DNA from: Actinomycetota bacterium
Lineage (GTDB): Bacteria > Actinomycetota > UBA4738 > HRBIN12
NCBI GenBank assembly: GCA_040881665.1
Contig: JBBECT010000004.1
Coordinates: forward strand, 117,782 to 181,781
Length of the DNA: 64,000 nt
Reading direction: 5' to 3'
Shown: positions 1-9,070 of the stretch, in pieces
How the letters are laid out: each line of letters opens with the position of its first letter
Position numbering within the stretch: position 1 is the stretch's first letter
Made by a program: the position numbers and the translations under genes
Notes under the pieces: model-generated
What the model was told of the DNA's origin: nothing
The model's input: only the letters and a program-made list of their open reading frames with translations
Database searches by the model: none

Positions 1-88
1 TCGCGGATCAGACCTCGTGTCTGGCGGGGCGGGTAAAGATCTCTGCCTCGATTCTCAGGACGGCGTCGCCGGTAACGACAGCATTCGC

Positions 89-124
89 GGCGGGTCCGGT
101 CGGGATGGGTTCTCCGCGGACCCG
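89..124 (-). terminator. GC-rich hairpin (GCGGGTCCG...CGGACCCGC, 9-bp stem with 18-nt loop) about 36 nt downstream of the metF stop, possible end of the long minus-strand chain
   Basis: Inverted repeat read from the sequence. No U-tract, as is common for actinobacterial terminators. Confidence 0.25.
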
Positions 125-159
125 CGAGACAGCGTGAAGGATGCGGAACTGACCGGTTG

Positions 160-1038
160 TTAGCGTGCCTGGATCGACAGCTCCTCCAGCATCCGGCGCT
201 GCCAGTCGACGGTGCGCTCGACCTGGTTGAAGGTGAACAGGTGGAGCGCCCGCACGTCGGCGTTCGCGTCGGCCAAGACCGGAGCGAGATCCTCCAGCAG
301 ACCGTCGGGGCGGTAGCCACCTTTCCGAACGAGGCGGCCGACCGCCCGACGGTTCTTGGACAGGTACCGGGCCGAGCCTCCGACGCCGATCTTCGTCGCG
401 ATCGACAGCAGCTTCGTCAGGTCGGCGACACCGGGCGTCCCCAGGTGCACGGGGAGCGCGATGCCCGAGGCCCGCAACCACTGGACCCACGACGCGATCG
501 CGGTCGGATCCAAACAGAGCTGGGTGGCGATGTAGTCCGCGTGCACCGACTTGTCGCGCAGCGCGGTGCCGAGCACGACCGCATCGATGTCCACGTGCCC
601 CTCGGGATAGCCGGGGATCCCGATCTCGCTCGGTCGCGGACCGGTCTCCTCGATCGCGCGCAGCAGGGCCAGCCCGTCGGGGAACCCGTCGGCGTCGATC
701 GGGTCCCCGCCGACGACGAAGACCGACGTGAGGCCGGCGACCGCGAGTCGCTGCAGCAGCTCGGCCAGATGCGCGCGATCGCGGATCATCCGGGCGGACA
801 GGTGCGGGATCGCGGGGTGGCCGACGGCGGCCATCTTCTCGGCCAGCTCGATCGTGGCCTCGATCCCTTTCGCCGGCGAGGCCGTCACCGTGACCGTGAC
901 GCCCGGGGGAAGGAACGCCGCCTGCTCACCGACGTCGGAGAGCGGGATCAGCTCGAACTTCGGATCCTCGATCAGGCGTCGCAGCGCCACACGTTCGACC
1001 TCGGAGAGCTTCGCGATCCGGGAGCGGCGCAGAGCCAT
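160..1038 (-). CDS. metF: 5,10-methylenetetrahydrofolate reductase (MetF family), 292 aa
   Basis: C-terminal 292 aa of track ORF 160..1944 reads as MTHFR. ATG (CAT on + strand) verified at 1036-1038. The stop abuts the start region of the upstream MttB-family gene, so this is the last gene of the minus-strand chain. Confidence 0.85.
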   Translation of the reverse strand: MALRRSRIAKLSEVERVALRRLIEDPKFELIPLSDVGEQAAFLPPGVTVTVTASPAKGIEATIELAEKMAAVGHPAIPHLSARMIRDRAHLAELLQRLAVAGLTSVFVVGGDPIDADGFPDGLALLRAIEETGPRPSEIGIPGYPEGHVDIDAVVLGTALRDKSVHADYIATQLCLDPTAIASWVQWLRASGIALPVHLGTPGVADLTKLLSIATKIGVGGSARYLSKNRRAVGRLVRKGGYRPDGLLEDLAPVLADANADVRALHLFTFNQVERTVDWQRRMLEELSIQAR

Positions 1039-2579
1039 CAGACGTTCGAGTCCGGGAAGCTCGCCTTCTTCTTCTCGATCCACTCGAGCAGCTCGCCGTC
1101 CTTCGCTTCGTCGATCGGCGGCGGCTCGTACTCGGCAAGCGTCTTCTTCCACAGTGCATTGGCACGCTCGGCGGCGTCCTTGGAGCCCTCGGCCTCCCAC
1201 TGCTCGAAGGAGTTGTTGTCGGCCACCCCCGAGCGGAAGAAAGCCGACTCGAAGTTCGCGAGCGTGTGCGCCGTCCCGAGGAAGTGCTGCCCGGGCCCGT
1301 TCTCGAGGATCGCGTCGATCGCCTGACCGTTCGGCGACAGGTCGACGCCGTTGGCGAACGCCGCCGCCATCCCGCACTGATCGTGGTCGAGCACGAACTT
1401 CTCGTACCCCATCGCGAGCCCGCCCTCGAGCCACCCGGCGGCGTGCAGCACGAAGTTCACCCCGCCGAGCATCGTGGGCTGAAACGTGTTCGCCGACTCG
1501 TAGGCAGCCTGCGCGTCGGGGAGCTTGGAGGCCGTGAGCGACCCTCCGCTGCGGAACGGTACGCCGAGGCGTCGGGCGAGCGCCGCCAGCGAATAGAGCA
1601 CGAGCGCGGGCTCGGGCGTTCCGAACGTCGGCGCGCCCGATTGCATCGACATCGACGACGCGAACGAGCCCATCACGACCGGCGCCCCCGGACGGAGGAG
1701 TTGGACGTAGGTCATCCCGGCCATCGCCTCGGCGAGCGTCTGGGCGACCGCGCCCGCGACGGTCGCGGGACTCATCGCGCCGGCGAGGATGAACGGGGTC
1801 ATGATCAGCGCCTGGTTCGCCTCGGCGTACGCCTTCGCCGCGCCGAGCATCGTCGAGTCCCACACGAGTGGCGAGTTCGCGTTCACCAGGCTCATGACGA
1901 CCGGATGATCCTCGAGGTACGCCGCGCCGAACAGGATCCTGCACATCTCCACGGTGTCCTGCGCGCGAAGGGGGTGGGTCACCGAGCCCATGAACGCCTT
2001 GTCCGAGTAGCGCATGTGCGCGTACACCATGTCGTAGTGGCGCTTGTTGACGGGCAGGTCCACGGGCTCGCAGACCGTCCCGCCCGAGTGGTGCAGGAAC
2101 GGCGCGGCGTACGCGAGCTTCACGAAGTTGCCGAAGTCCTCGATCGTTCCGTACCGGCGTCCCTGGTCAAGATCGTGCACGAACGGCGAGCCGTAGGCCG
2201 GAGCGAGCACGGTGTGCCTCCCGCCGACCTCCACGTTGTGCTCGGGGTTGCGCGCGTACTGCGTGAAGCTCGACGGTGCCGACGCCCGGATCGTCTCCCG
2301 GCACATCCCGGACGGGAAGCGGACACGTTCCCCGTCGACGTCGGCTCCCGCGCCCTTCAGCAGCTCCAGCGCATCGGGCGACTCACGGAACTCGATCCCC
2401 ACCTGTTCCAGGATCGTGTCGGCGTTGTGCTCCATCAGCTCGAGGCCCTCGGTGTCGAGCACCTCGAGCGGCTTGAGCGTTCGCGTGATGTAGGGGATCC
2501 GCTCGGCGGTGGTCGCCGCCCGCGCCGCTTGCCGTGCCGCCCGTCCTCCGCCGCGCCTTCGTCCGGTCGTCTCGCTCAT
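1038..2579 (-). CDS. MttB-superfamily methyltransferase without in-frame amber codon (non-pyrrolysine; glycine betaine/quaternary amine:corrinoid methyltransferase, MtgB-like), 513 aa
   Basis: C-terminal 513 aa of track ORF 1038..4499. ATG verified at 2577-2579. Uninterrupted reading frame with the TIM-barrel MttB fold. The start overlaps the upstream activase stop by 4 nt (ATGA). Confidence 0.8.
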   Translation of the reverse strand: MSETTGRRRGGGRAARQAARAATTAERIPYITRTLKPLEVLDTEGLELMEHNADTILEQVGIEFRESPDALELLKGAGADVDGERVRFPSGMCRETIRASAPSSFTQYARNPEHNVEVGGRHTVLAPAYGSPFVHDLDQGRRYGTIEDFGNFVKLAYAAPFLHHSGGTVCEPVDLPVNKRHYDMVYAHMRYSDKAFMGSVTHPLRAQDTVEMCRILFGAAYLEDHPVVMSLVNANSPLVWDSTMLGAAKAYAEANQALIMTPFILAGAMSPATVAGAVAQTLAEAMAGMTYVQLLRPGAPVVMGSFASSMSMQSGAPTFGTPEPALVLYSLAALARRLGVPFRSGGSLTASKLPDAQAAYESANTFQPTMLGGVNFVLHAAGWLEGGLAMGYEKFVLDHDQCGMAAAFANGVDLSPNGQAIDAILENGPGQHFLGTAHTLANFESAFFRSGVADNNSFEQWEAEGSKDAAERANALWKKTLAEYEPPPIDEAKDGELLEWIEKKKASFPDSNV

Positions 2580-4615
2580 GCGGTCTCGTCCTTTCCAGAG
2601 GTCGCATCGTCGGAGGCGGCGCGGCGCCGGGAGCGCCCACGTCGACCTCGGTCCGTCGTGGCACCCGTTGCGGTCCGCTCGGGCAAGGACACCGCGGTCC
2701 CCAAGCGCGCGTACGGATCGGTCGCGTGCGGGATGCCCATCGCGTTCACGAAATGCTCCTGGAACCTTGGTTCCACCGCCGTCTCGATCTTCTCGATCCG
2801 GCGGACGACGTCTTCGATCTCGGTCCGCGCCGAGCGGTTGAGCAACGCGATCCGCGCTCCCGTCCCGGCGGCGTTCCCCGCGGCGGTGACCCCGGACGGG
2901 TCGCAATCCGGAACCATCCCGAGGACCAGCGCATGCACCGGATCGATGTGCGCTCCGAACGCGCCCGCCAGCCGGATCCGGTCGACGGTTTCGATCTGCA
3001 GATGATCCATCAGCAGGCGGCACCCGGCCTCGAGCGCGGCCTTCGCGAGCTGGATCGCGCGCACGTCGTTCTGGGTGATCACCAACCGCGGCTCGCCGTC
3101 GTGGAGCACGTAGGAGAACGTCCGTCCGTCCGGGACGATCCGCTCCGAACGCCCGGCGAGCGCGCCGTCGATCGTCCCGTCCGCGGTGAGGATCCGCGCG
3201 AGGAACATCTCGGCCATCACCTCGATGATCCCCGACCCGCACACGCCGGTCACCGACGCGCCCTTGAAGCCCGGCTCGTCCGACCAAGCGTTGCGACCGA
3301 TCACGCGGAACCGCGGCTCGAGCGTCTCGGGATCGATCCGGACCCGCTCGACCGCGCCGGGCGCGGCGCGCTGGCCGCAGCTGATCTGCGCTCCTTCGAA
3401 CGCGGGACCGGTCGGGCTCGATGCGGCGAGCAGTCGGTCGCGGTTGCCGAGCACGATCTCGGCGTTCGTCCCGACGTCGACGAGCAGCTCGACCCCCGCC
3501 CGGAGGTACGGACCTTCGGAGAGCACCATGCCCGCCGTGTCCGCGCCCACGTGCCCGGCGATGCACGGCAGGACGTAGACGCGGGCGCCGGGGTGGACCG
3601 CAAGGTCGAGCTCCTCGGCCCGCAGCCGCACCGCCTCGTCGACGGCGAGCGCGAACGGCGCTCCGCCCAGCTCGGTCGGATCGAGGCCGAGCAGCAGATG
3701 GTGCATGATCGGGTTCCCGACGATCGTGAGCTCCAGGATGTCGGTCCCGTCGATCTCCGCGGTGGCCGCGAGCTCGGCGAGGAGCTGGTTGAGGCACTCC
3801 CGGACGACGGCCGTCAGGTCGGCCTCCGAACCGGGGTTCATCATCACGTACGACACCCGGCTCATCAGATCCTCGCCGAAGCGGATCTGCGGGTTCATCG
3901 ATCCCGCCGATGCGAGCACCTCGCCGGTCGTCAGGTCGCACAGGTGCCCCGCAACCGTCGTCGAACCGACGTCGAACGCGACGCCGACCGCACGGTCGTG
4001 GAAACCCGGCCAGATCCCGGTGATCGTCGCCCCGTCGTGGACGGCGACCGTCACGGCCCACTTCCCCTCGCGCAGCGTGCGTTGGAGGTCGCGGAGCACC
4101 TGGAGATCGGCGGTGAGCCCGGTGAGCGCCCACTCCGTCTCGAGCGCCTCCTCGAGCCGCCGCAGATCGCCGGAGGACTCTCCGAGGTCGGGTTCCCGGA
4201 CCTCGACGTAGTACAGGCGCACGACCGGGTCGATCTCGATCGGGTGCGCGTCCGCCTCCTTGCGCACGACCTGGCGATGGACCTGGCTGTCGGCGGGAAC
4301 GTCGACCACGACGTCGCCGAGCACCTCGCAGGCGCACCCGAGCCGGCGGCCGGACGCGAGCCCCTGCTCCCGCGCGTAGGTCTCCTCGGTCCGCGTGAAC
4401 GCGTTCAAGTGATCGGCGGCGGAGGTGATCTGGTGCTTCGCGTGCTCCCCTTCGCTCACCGTGATCTGGCACCGGCCGCAGATCCCCCGTCCGCCGCACA
4501 CCGAGTCGAGGTCGACCCCGAGCGAACGGGCCGCATCGAGGAGGTTCGTCCCCGCCGGGAACCGGCCCCGCTTGCCCGACGGGGTGAAGACGACGAGCGG
4601 CTCGGCCGTGCTCAC
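2576..4615 (-). CDS. RACE/RamA-type ATP-dependent reductive activase of corrinoid proteins (N-terminal plant-type 2Fe-2S ferredoxin + ASKHA ATPase, COG3894/DUF4445-like), about 680 aa
   Basis: A CGGRGICGRCQ 2Fe-2S motif lies near the N-terminus and a long ASKHA-like ATPase body follows. Proposed start is GTG at 4613-4615 (VSTAEPLVVF...), which overlaps the stop of the upstream pterin-binding gene by 4 nt. The alternative start is the upstream ATG at 4717. Confidence 0.75.
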   Translation of the reverse strand: MSTAEPLVVFTPSGKRGRFPAGTNLLDAARSLGVDLDSVCGGRGICGRCQITVSEGEHAKHQITSAADHLNAFTRTEETYAREQGLASGRRLGCACEVLGDVVVDVPADSQVHRQVVRKEADAHPIEIDPVVRLYYVEVREPDLGESSGDLRRLEEALETEWALTGLTADLQVLRDLQRTLREGKWAVTVAVHDGATITGIWPGFHDRAVGVAFDVGSTTVAGHLCDLTTGEVLASAGSMNPQIRFGEDLMSRVSYVMMNPGSEADLTAVVRECLNQLLAELAATAEIDGTDILELTIVGNPIMHHLLLGLDPTELGGAPFALAVDEAVRLRAEELDLAVHPGARVYVLPCIAGHVGADTAGMVLSEGPYLRAGVELLVDVGTNAEIVLGNRDRLLAASSPTGPAFEGAQISCGQRAAPGAVERVRIDPETLEPRFRVIGRNAWSDEPGFKGASVTGVCGSGIIEVMAEMFLARILTADGTIDGALAGRSERIVPDGRTFSYVLHDGEPRLVITQNDVRAIQLAKAALEAGCRLLMDHLQIETVDRIRLAGAFGAHIDPVHALVLGMVPDCDPSGVTAAGNAAGTGARIALLNRSARTEIEDVVRRIEKIETAVEPRFQEHFVNAMGIPHATDPYARLGTAVSLPERTATGATTDRGRRGRSRRRAASDDATSGKDETA

Positions 4616-5535
4616 GGTGGCGCCGGGTCGGTACCCGCTCCCCGGGCGCGCCGGCGAGCGCCGCGCTCCCGACGACCGCCGCCGTCCGCCGAGGGCTCCC
4701 GGTAGGTGCGGATCCACGCGATGCAGTCGGCGTCGTTGCCCATCATCACGTCGGCGGCCATCACGGCCTGGCGGATCTCTGGATGCAGGGGACTCGTGAT
4801 CGCCGAGGTCAGCCCCGAAGCGATCGCCATCGACAGGAACGCCGCGTTCAGACCACCACGGTTCGGCAGGCCGAAGCTGACGTTCGACGCACCGCAGGTG
4901 GAGTTCACGCCGAGCTCGGTCCGCAACCGCCGGACGAGCTCGAACACCTGCCGGCCCGCGGTGCGCATCGCCCCGATCGGCATCACGAGAGGGTCGACGA
5001 CGATGTCCTCGCGGCCGATGCCGTGATCGGCGGCACGCTCGACGATCCGCTTCGCGACGGCGAATCGCTCGTTCGGGTCCTGGGAGATGCCGGTCTCGTC
5101 GTTCGTGATCGCGACGACGGCCGCCCCGTGTCTCGCCACGAGCGGCAGGACGGCCTCGAGACGCTCTTCCTCGCCCGTCACCGAGTTCACGAGCGCCTTG
5201 CCCTGATAGGCGGACAGGCCGGCCTCGAGCGCAGCGACGATCGACGAGTCGATCGAGAGCGGGACGTCGGTCAGGGACTGCACGAGCTTGATCGTCTCCG
5301 CCAGGATCGCCGGCTCGTCCGCGAGCGGGATCCCCGCGTTGACGTCGAGCATCTGCGCGCCCGCCTCGACCTGGGCGTTCGTGTCGACGATCACGGTGGA
5401 GAAGTCGCCGGCCTTCATCTGCTCGGCGAGCGTCTTGCGGCCGGTCGGGTTGATCCGCTCCCCGATCACCACGAACGGACGGTCGAACCCCAGGACGACC
5501 TCCTTCGTCGCCGAGCTGAGGACGGTCTCGGTCAT
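4612..5535 (-). CDS. pterin-binding methyltransferase (methylcorrinoid:tetrahydrofolate methyltransferase, MtgA/MtrH/AcsE-like), 307 aa
   Basis: Pterin-binding (DHPS-like) domain. ATG verified at 5533-5535, with a GGAGG ribosome-binding site 5-9 nt upstream on the minus strand. Start M is residue 129 of track ORF 4612..5919. Confidence 0.8.
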   Translation of the reverse strand: MTETVLSSATKEVVLGFDRPFVVIGERINPTGRKTLAEQMKAGDFSTVIVDTNAQVEAGAQMLDVNAGIPLADEPAILAETIKLVQSLTDVPLSIDSSIVAALEAGLSAYQGKALVNSVTGEEERLEAVLPLVARHGAAVVAITNDETGISQDPNERFAVAKRIVERAADHGIGREDIVVDPLVMPIGAMRTAGRQVFELVRRLRTELGVNSTCGASNVSFGLPNRGGLNAAFLSMAIASGLTSAITSPLHPEIRQAVMAADVMMGNDADCIAWIRTYREPSADGGGRRERGARRRARGAGTDPAPP

Positions 5536-5843
5536 GCGGGGCCTCCGTCGGCGCGCCGGCCGCCGCTGCGGATCAGGGCGCGCAGCGCCTCGTCGGGATG
5601 CGCGGCCTCGATCCGTTCCGCCTCCGCATGCGCCTCGGCCTCGAGGTCGTCTCCGCACGGGCGGGCGTCGCGCGCCCACTCGGCCAGATACTCGTCGGTG
5701 CCGATCAGTCCGATGCTCGTCGCGGCGGCGTCGATCGCCTCCTGGAACCGGTCGGTCAACTGGACCCGCGCCGACTCCCTCCCCTGCTTTGCCGTGACCT
5801 GCGCGGGGATGTCGCGCCAGCGGATCACCGTGAGCTCGGCCAT
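5532..5843 (-). CDS. hypothetical protein, 103 aa, acidic and soluble, translationally coupled between the corrinoid protein and the pterin methyltransferase
   Basis: Normal amino-acid composition, not Arg/Pro-rich. It starts 5 nt after the corrinoid-protein stop and its stop overlaps the start of the downstream gene by 4 nt. No recognisable motif. Confidence 0.55.
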   Translation of the reverse strand: MAELTVIRWRDIPAQVTAKQGRESARVQLTDRFQEAIDAAATSIGLIGTDEYLAEWARDARPCGDDLEAEAHAEAERIEAAHPDEALRALIRSGGRRADGGPA

Positions 5844-5848
5844 CGCGA

Positions 5849-6547
5849 TCAGGCCCCCGCCGCCGCGCGGCGCGCGAGCACGAGCGCCTGCGCCGTCTCG
5901 GCGGCGATCGCGGCGTCACGGCAGTAGGCGTCGGCGCCCACGGTCTTGCCGAACTCCTCGTTCAGCGGCGCGCCACCCACCAGAACGATGTAGTCCTCGC
6001 GGAGGCCCTTGTCGACGAGCTCGTCGATCACGACCTTCATATACGGCATCGTCGTCGTCAGCAGCGCCGACATCCCGAGGATGTCGGGCTCGTGTTCCTC
6101 GAGCGCCTCGAGGTAGTTCTCCACCGGATTGTTGATGCCGAGATCGACGACCTCGAACCCGGCGCCTTCGAGCATCATCGACACGAGGTTCTTCCCGATG
6201 TCGTGGATGTCGCCCTTGACGGTGCCGATCACGACCTTGCCGACCCGTTCCACACCGGTCTCGGCGAGCAGCGGCCGGAGGATCTCCATCCCGGCCTTCA
6301 TCGCGTTCGCGGCCAGCAGCACCTCCGGGACGAACAGGATGCCGTCGCGGAAGTCGATCCCGACGATCCGCATCCCATCGACCAGGGCGTCGTTCAGCAC
6401 CCGGTCGGCCGCCCATCCGCGACCCAGGAGGATGTTCGTTCCCTCGACGATCTCGTCGGCCATGCCGTCGTAGAGATCGTCGTGCATCTGCTTGGTGAGC
6501 TCGTCGTCGGGGAGGGTCGACAGGTCCAGTTCCTGCTCGTCGCTCAT
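5849..6547 (-). CDS. cobalamin (B12)-binding corrinoid protein (MtgC/MtbC/MtmC-like), 232 aa
   Basis: The B12-binding DxHxxG motif is present as DIHDIGKN, with a Rossmann-like B12-binding domain and an N-terminal cap helix domain. Confidence 0.85.
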   Translation of the reverse strand: MSDEQELDLSTLPDDELTKQMHDDLYDGMADEIVEGTNILLGRGWAADRVLNDALVDGMRIVGIDFRDGILFVPEVLLAANAMKAGMEILRPLLAETGVERVGKVVIGTVKGDIHDIGKNLVSMMLEGAGFEVVDLGINNPVENYLEALEEHEPDILGMSALLTTTMPYMKVVIDELVDKGLREDYIVLVGGAPLNEEFGKTVGADAYCRDAAIAAETAQALVLARRAAAGA

Positions 6548-6556
6548 CGGGCGCTC

Positions 6557-9016
6557 CTAGCTCCTCGGGCGTTCGTTCTTGGGGTCGAACAAGGGATCGG
6601 CCGCGACCGTCGCGGCATACCGCTCGTCGAAGTACTCGATCCGGACGGGGGTTCCCTCGACGGCCAGCTCGACCGGCAGGTACCCGTAGGCGATCCCTCG
6701 ACCGATCGAGTAGCCGTGGTTGGCCGAGGTGACGTAGGAGACCACCGCTCCCTGTGCGTCGCGGATCGGCTCCTTGCCGAGCACGACCGCGGACGGATCG
6801 TCGAGGGTCATACACGCGAGCTTGTGGCTCGAGCCACCTCGGGCGATCCGCTCGAGCGCGTCGCGGCCCTGGAACCCGCCCTTGTCCATCCGCACCGCGA
6901 ACCCGAGGCCGGCCTCGAACGGATCGTGCTCGGTGTGGATGTCCTGACCCCAGAGGCGGTAGCCCTTCTCCAGGCGCAGGGAGTCGAACGCCCCGAGGCC
7001 CGCCGCCACGATCCCGTGCTCACGCCCCGCGTCGAAGAGCAGCTCCCAGGCCCGCGCGCCCATCTCGAACGGGCCGTACACCTCCCATCCGAGCTCACCG
7101 ACGTAGGAGATCCGCTGGGCGAACACGGGCACCTCGCCCAGGTGGATCGGCCGTCCGGTGAGGTACCCGAACGCCTCGTTCGACACGTCGTCGGTCGTCA
7201 CCGCCGACAGCACGTCGCGTGCACGCGGCCCCCAGAGTCCGAAGCAGAACGAGCTCGTCGTGCGATCGACGATCCCGACCCGCTCACCGTCGCGGGCCTG
7301 CGCGCGCAGCCACGCGAGGTCGTGCATCGCCGATCCGCCACCGGTCACGACCTGGAACAGGTCCTCGGCCAGCCGCGTCACGGTCAGGTCGCACCGGATG
7401 CCACCCCGGGGCGTGAGCATCGCCGTGTAGATCACCGACCCGACGGCCCGGTCGATCCGGTTCGCGCAGATCCGCTCCAGGAATGCGAGCGCGCCGGCAC
7501 CACCGACCGCGAACTTTGCGAACGGCGTGATGTCGAACAGCGCGACACGTTCGCGGGTCGCCAGGTGTTCGGCGCCCTCGATCGGCGACCAGTGCTGCGC
7601 TGCCCATCCCGATCGCCGCTCCCACGGGTCGCCACGGAGCAGGTCCCCGTTGGACGCGAACCATTGGGGGCGCTCCCACCCCGCTCCCACCACGAACTCC
7701 GCGTCGAGCGCGGCGTGCGCCTCGTAGGCGGGGGTCAGGCGGAGCCTGCGTGGGCGCTCCATCTGCTGGCGGGGATGGATGATGTCGTAGACCTCGCGGT
7801 AGTTCTGCGCACCGCGTTCGCGGACGTACGGCGGGGTCGTCATGTACGGGTAGAACCGGTTCGCGTCGGCCTCGGCGAGGTCCATGCTCGGCTCGCCGGT
7901 CGCGATCCACTCGGCGACCTGACGGCCCATGCCGCCTCCCTGCGTGACCCAGACCGCTTCGCAGATCCAGAATCCGCGCACGTCGGTCGACTCGCCGACG
8001 ATCGAGCCCATGTCGGGCGTGAACGAGAACATCCCGTTGATCGCGGTGGACAGGTCGATCCGATCCGTCAGGGCCGGCATGATCCGGGTCGATTCGCGTT
8101 CGCACTCGGAGAAGTGCTCCGGCGTGAACGGCATCACCGACGGCATAGGACCGGGCTCGGACGGGTGGCGGATGTCTTCCGGGTCGGTGAGCACGGGTTC
8201 GTGGCGATAGTTGCCCAGCGCGTAGCGGTCCTCGCGCTGGCGGTAGTACAGCGAGACGTCCTGGTGACGCAGGATCGGGTGAGCAATCTCGTCTGTCTGA
8301 CCCGCGAGCTCGGGGAGCGGCTCGGTCCACACGAGCTGGTGTTGCACGGCCGCGAGCGGGATCGGCACCCCCGCCATCGCCCCGAGCCGCGGCCCCCAGA
8401 TCCCCGCGCACACGAGCACCTGCTCGCACTCGACGTCGCCCCGGTCGGTCCGCACACCGTGGACGTGTCCCTCTCGGATGTCGAACCCGGTGACCGTCAC
8501 GCCACCCTCGAACGCGGCGCCCCTGGCCTCCGCCTTCCGCGCGTACGCGGCGGCGAGACGAACGGCCTTCGCAGCTCCGTCGGAGGGGACGAAGAGCGAG
8601 CCGTGGATCGTCGACGGGTCGAGCAGAGGGATCTTCGCGGCGGTCTCGCCGGGGTCCAACAGCTCGGCACCCTCGATCCCGTAGGCGCGGGCGAACCCGA
8701 GACGGCGCTTCAGCTCCTCCATGCGCTCGTGTGTAGTCGCGATCTCGATCCCGCCGACGCCGTACCAGCCCGGCTGCCCGTCGAGAGCGAGCTCGGCGTA
8801 CTGGGCGACCGTGTCCTGCGCGATCCGGCACATCGTCCGGGATCCGTTCGTCTGGAACACCAGTCCCGGGGCGTGTGAGGTCGACCCGCCGGTCTCGAAA
8901 AGCGGTCCCTGATCGAGAACGAGGACATCCGTCACGCCGAGTTCGGCCAGGTGGCGGGCGGCGCTCGTGCCCACGATCCCCGCTCCCACGATCACCAGTT
9001 GGGCCCGATCGCGCAT
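6557..9016 (-). CDS. dimethylglycine oxidase/dehydrogenase (FAD-dependent oxidase domain fused to a GcvT-like folate-binding aminomethyltransferase domain), 820 aa
   Basis: N-terminal dinucleotide-binding motif VIVGAGIVGTSAARHLAELG and a C-terminal GcvT-like domain. ATG verified at 9014-9016. Start M is residue 39 of track ORF 6557..9130. Confidence 0.8.
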   Translation of the reverse strand: MRDRAQLVIVGAGIVGTSAARHLAELGVTDVLVLDQGPLFETGGSTSHAPGLVFQTNGSRTMCRIAQDTVAQYAELALDGQPGWYGVGGIEIATTHERMEELKRRLGFARAYGIEGAELLDPGETAAKIPLLDPSTIHGSLFVPSDGAAKAVRLAAAYARKAEARGAAFEGGVTVTGFDIREGHVHGVRTDRGDVECEQVLVCAGIWGPRLGAMAGVPIPLAAVQHQLVWTEPLPELAGQTDEIAHPILRHQDVSLYYRQREDRYALGNYRHEPVLTDPEDIRHPSEPGPMPSVMPFTPEHFSECERESTRIMPALTDRIDLSTAINGMFSFTPDMGSIVGESTDVRGFWICEAVWVTQGGGMGRQVAEWIATGEPSMDLAEADANRFYPYMTTPPYVRERGAQNYREVYDIIHPRQQMERPRRLRLTPAYEAHAALDAEFVVGAGWERPQWFASNGDLLRGDPWERRSGWAAQHWSPIEGAEHLATRERVALFDITPFAKFAVGGAGALAFLERICANRIDRAVGSVIYTAMLTPRGGIRCDLTVTRLAEDLFQVVTGGGSAMHDLAWLRAQARDGERVGIVDRTTSSFCFGLWGPRARDVLSAVTTDDVSNEAFGYLTGRPIHLGEVPVFAQRISYVGELGWEVYGPFEMGARAWELLFDAGREHGIVAAGLGAFDSLRLEKGYRLWGQDIHTEHDPFEAGLGFAVRMDKGGFQGRDALERIARGGSSHKLACMTLDDPSAVVLGKEPIRDAQGAVVSYVTSANHGYSIGRGIAYGYLPVELAVEGTPVRIEYFDERYAATVAADPLFDPKNERPRS

Positions 9017-9050
9017 CCGGTTCCCCGCGCTCCTTAAGCTTCTCGCCCGT

Positions 9051-9070
9051 GCGACGGCGTACGCCGTCGC
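9051..9070. promoter_or_regulatory. 20-bp perfect palindrome GCGACGGCGTACGCCGTCGC in the ALDH-DMG oxidase intercistronic gap
   Basis: Seen in the sequence. On the minus-strand transcript it would form an 8-9 bp GC stem, but no U-tract follows, so it is more likely an operator or an RNA processing/stability hairpin than an intrinsic terminator. Confidence 0.35.

Noticed and set aside
8-490. 160 aa minus-strand ORF at the window edge
   Set aside because: The part not overlapping metF is only about 50 codons with no signature, and the rest is in a different frame over metF; most likely not a gene.
1038-2579. Possibility that the MttB-family gene uses an in-frame amber (pyrrolysine) codon
   Set aside because: The 513-codon frame is uninterrupted, and no pylTSBCD-like genes or tRNA are visible in the window.
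1266-4705. Long + strand ORFs (1266..3005, 2534..4705) antisense to the MttB-family and activase genes
   Set aside because: Extremely Arg/Pro/Gly-rich translations, typical of wrong-frame reading in 70% GC DNA. They overlap well-supported minus-strand genes.
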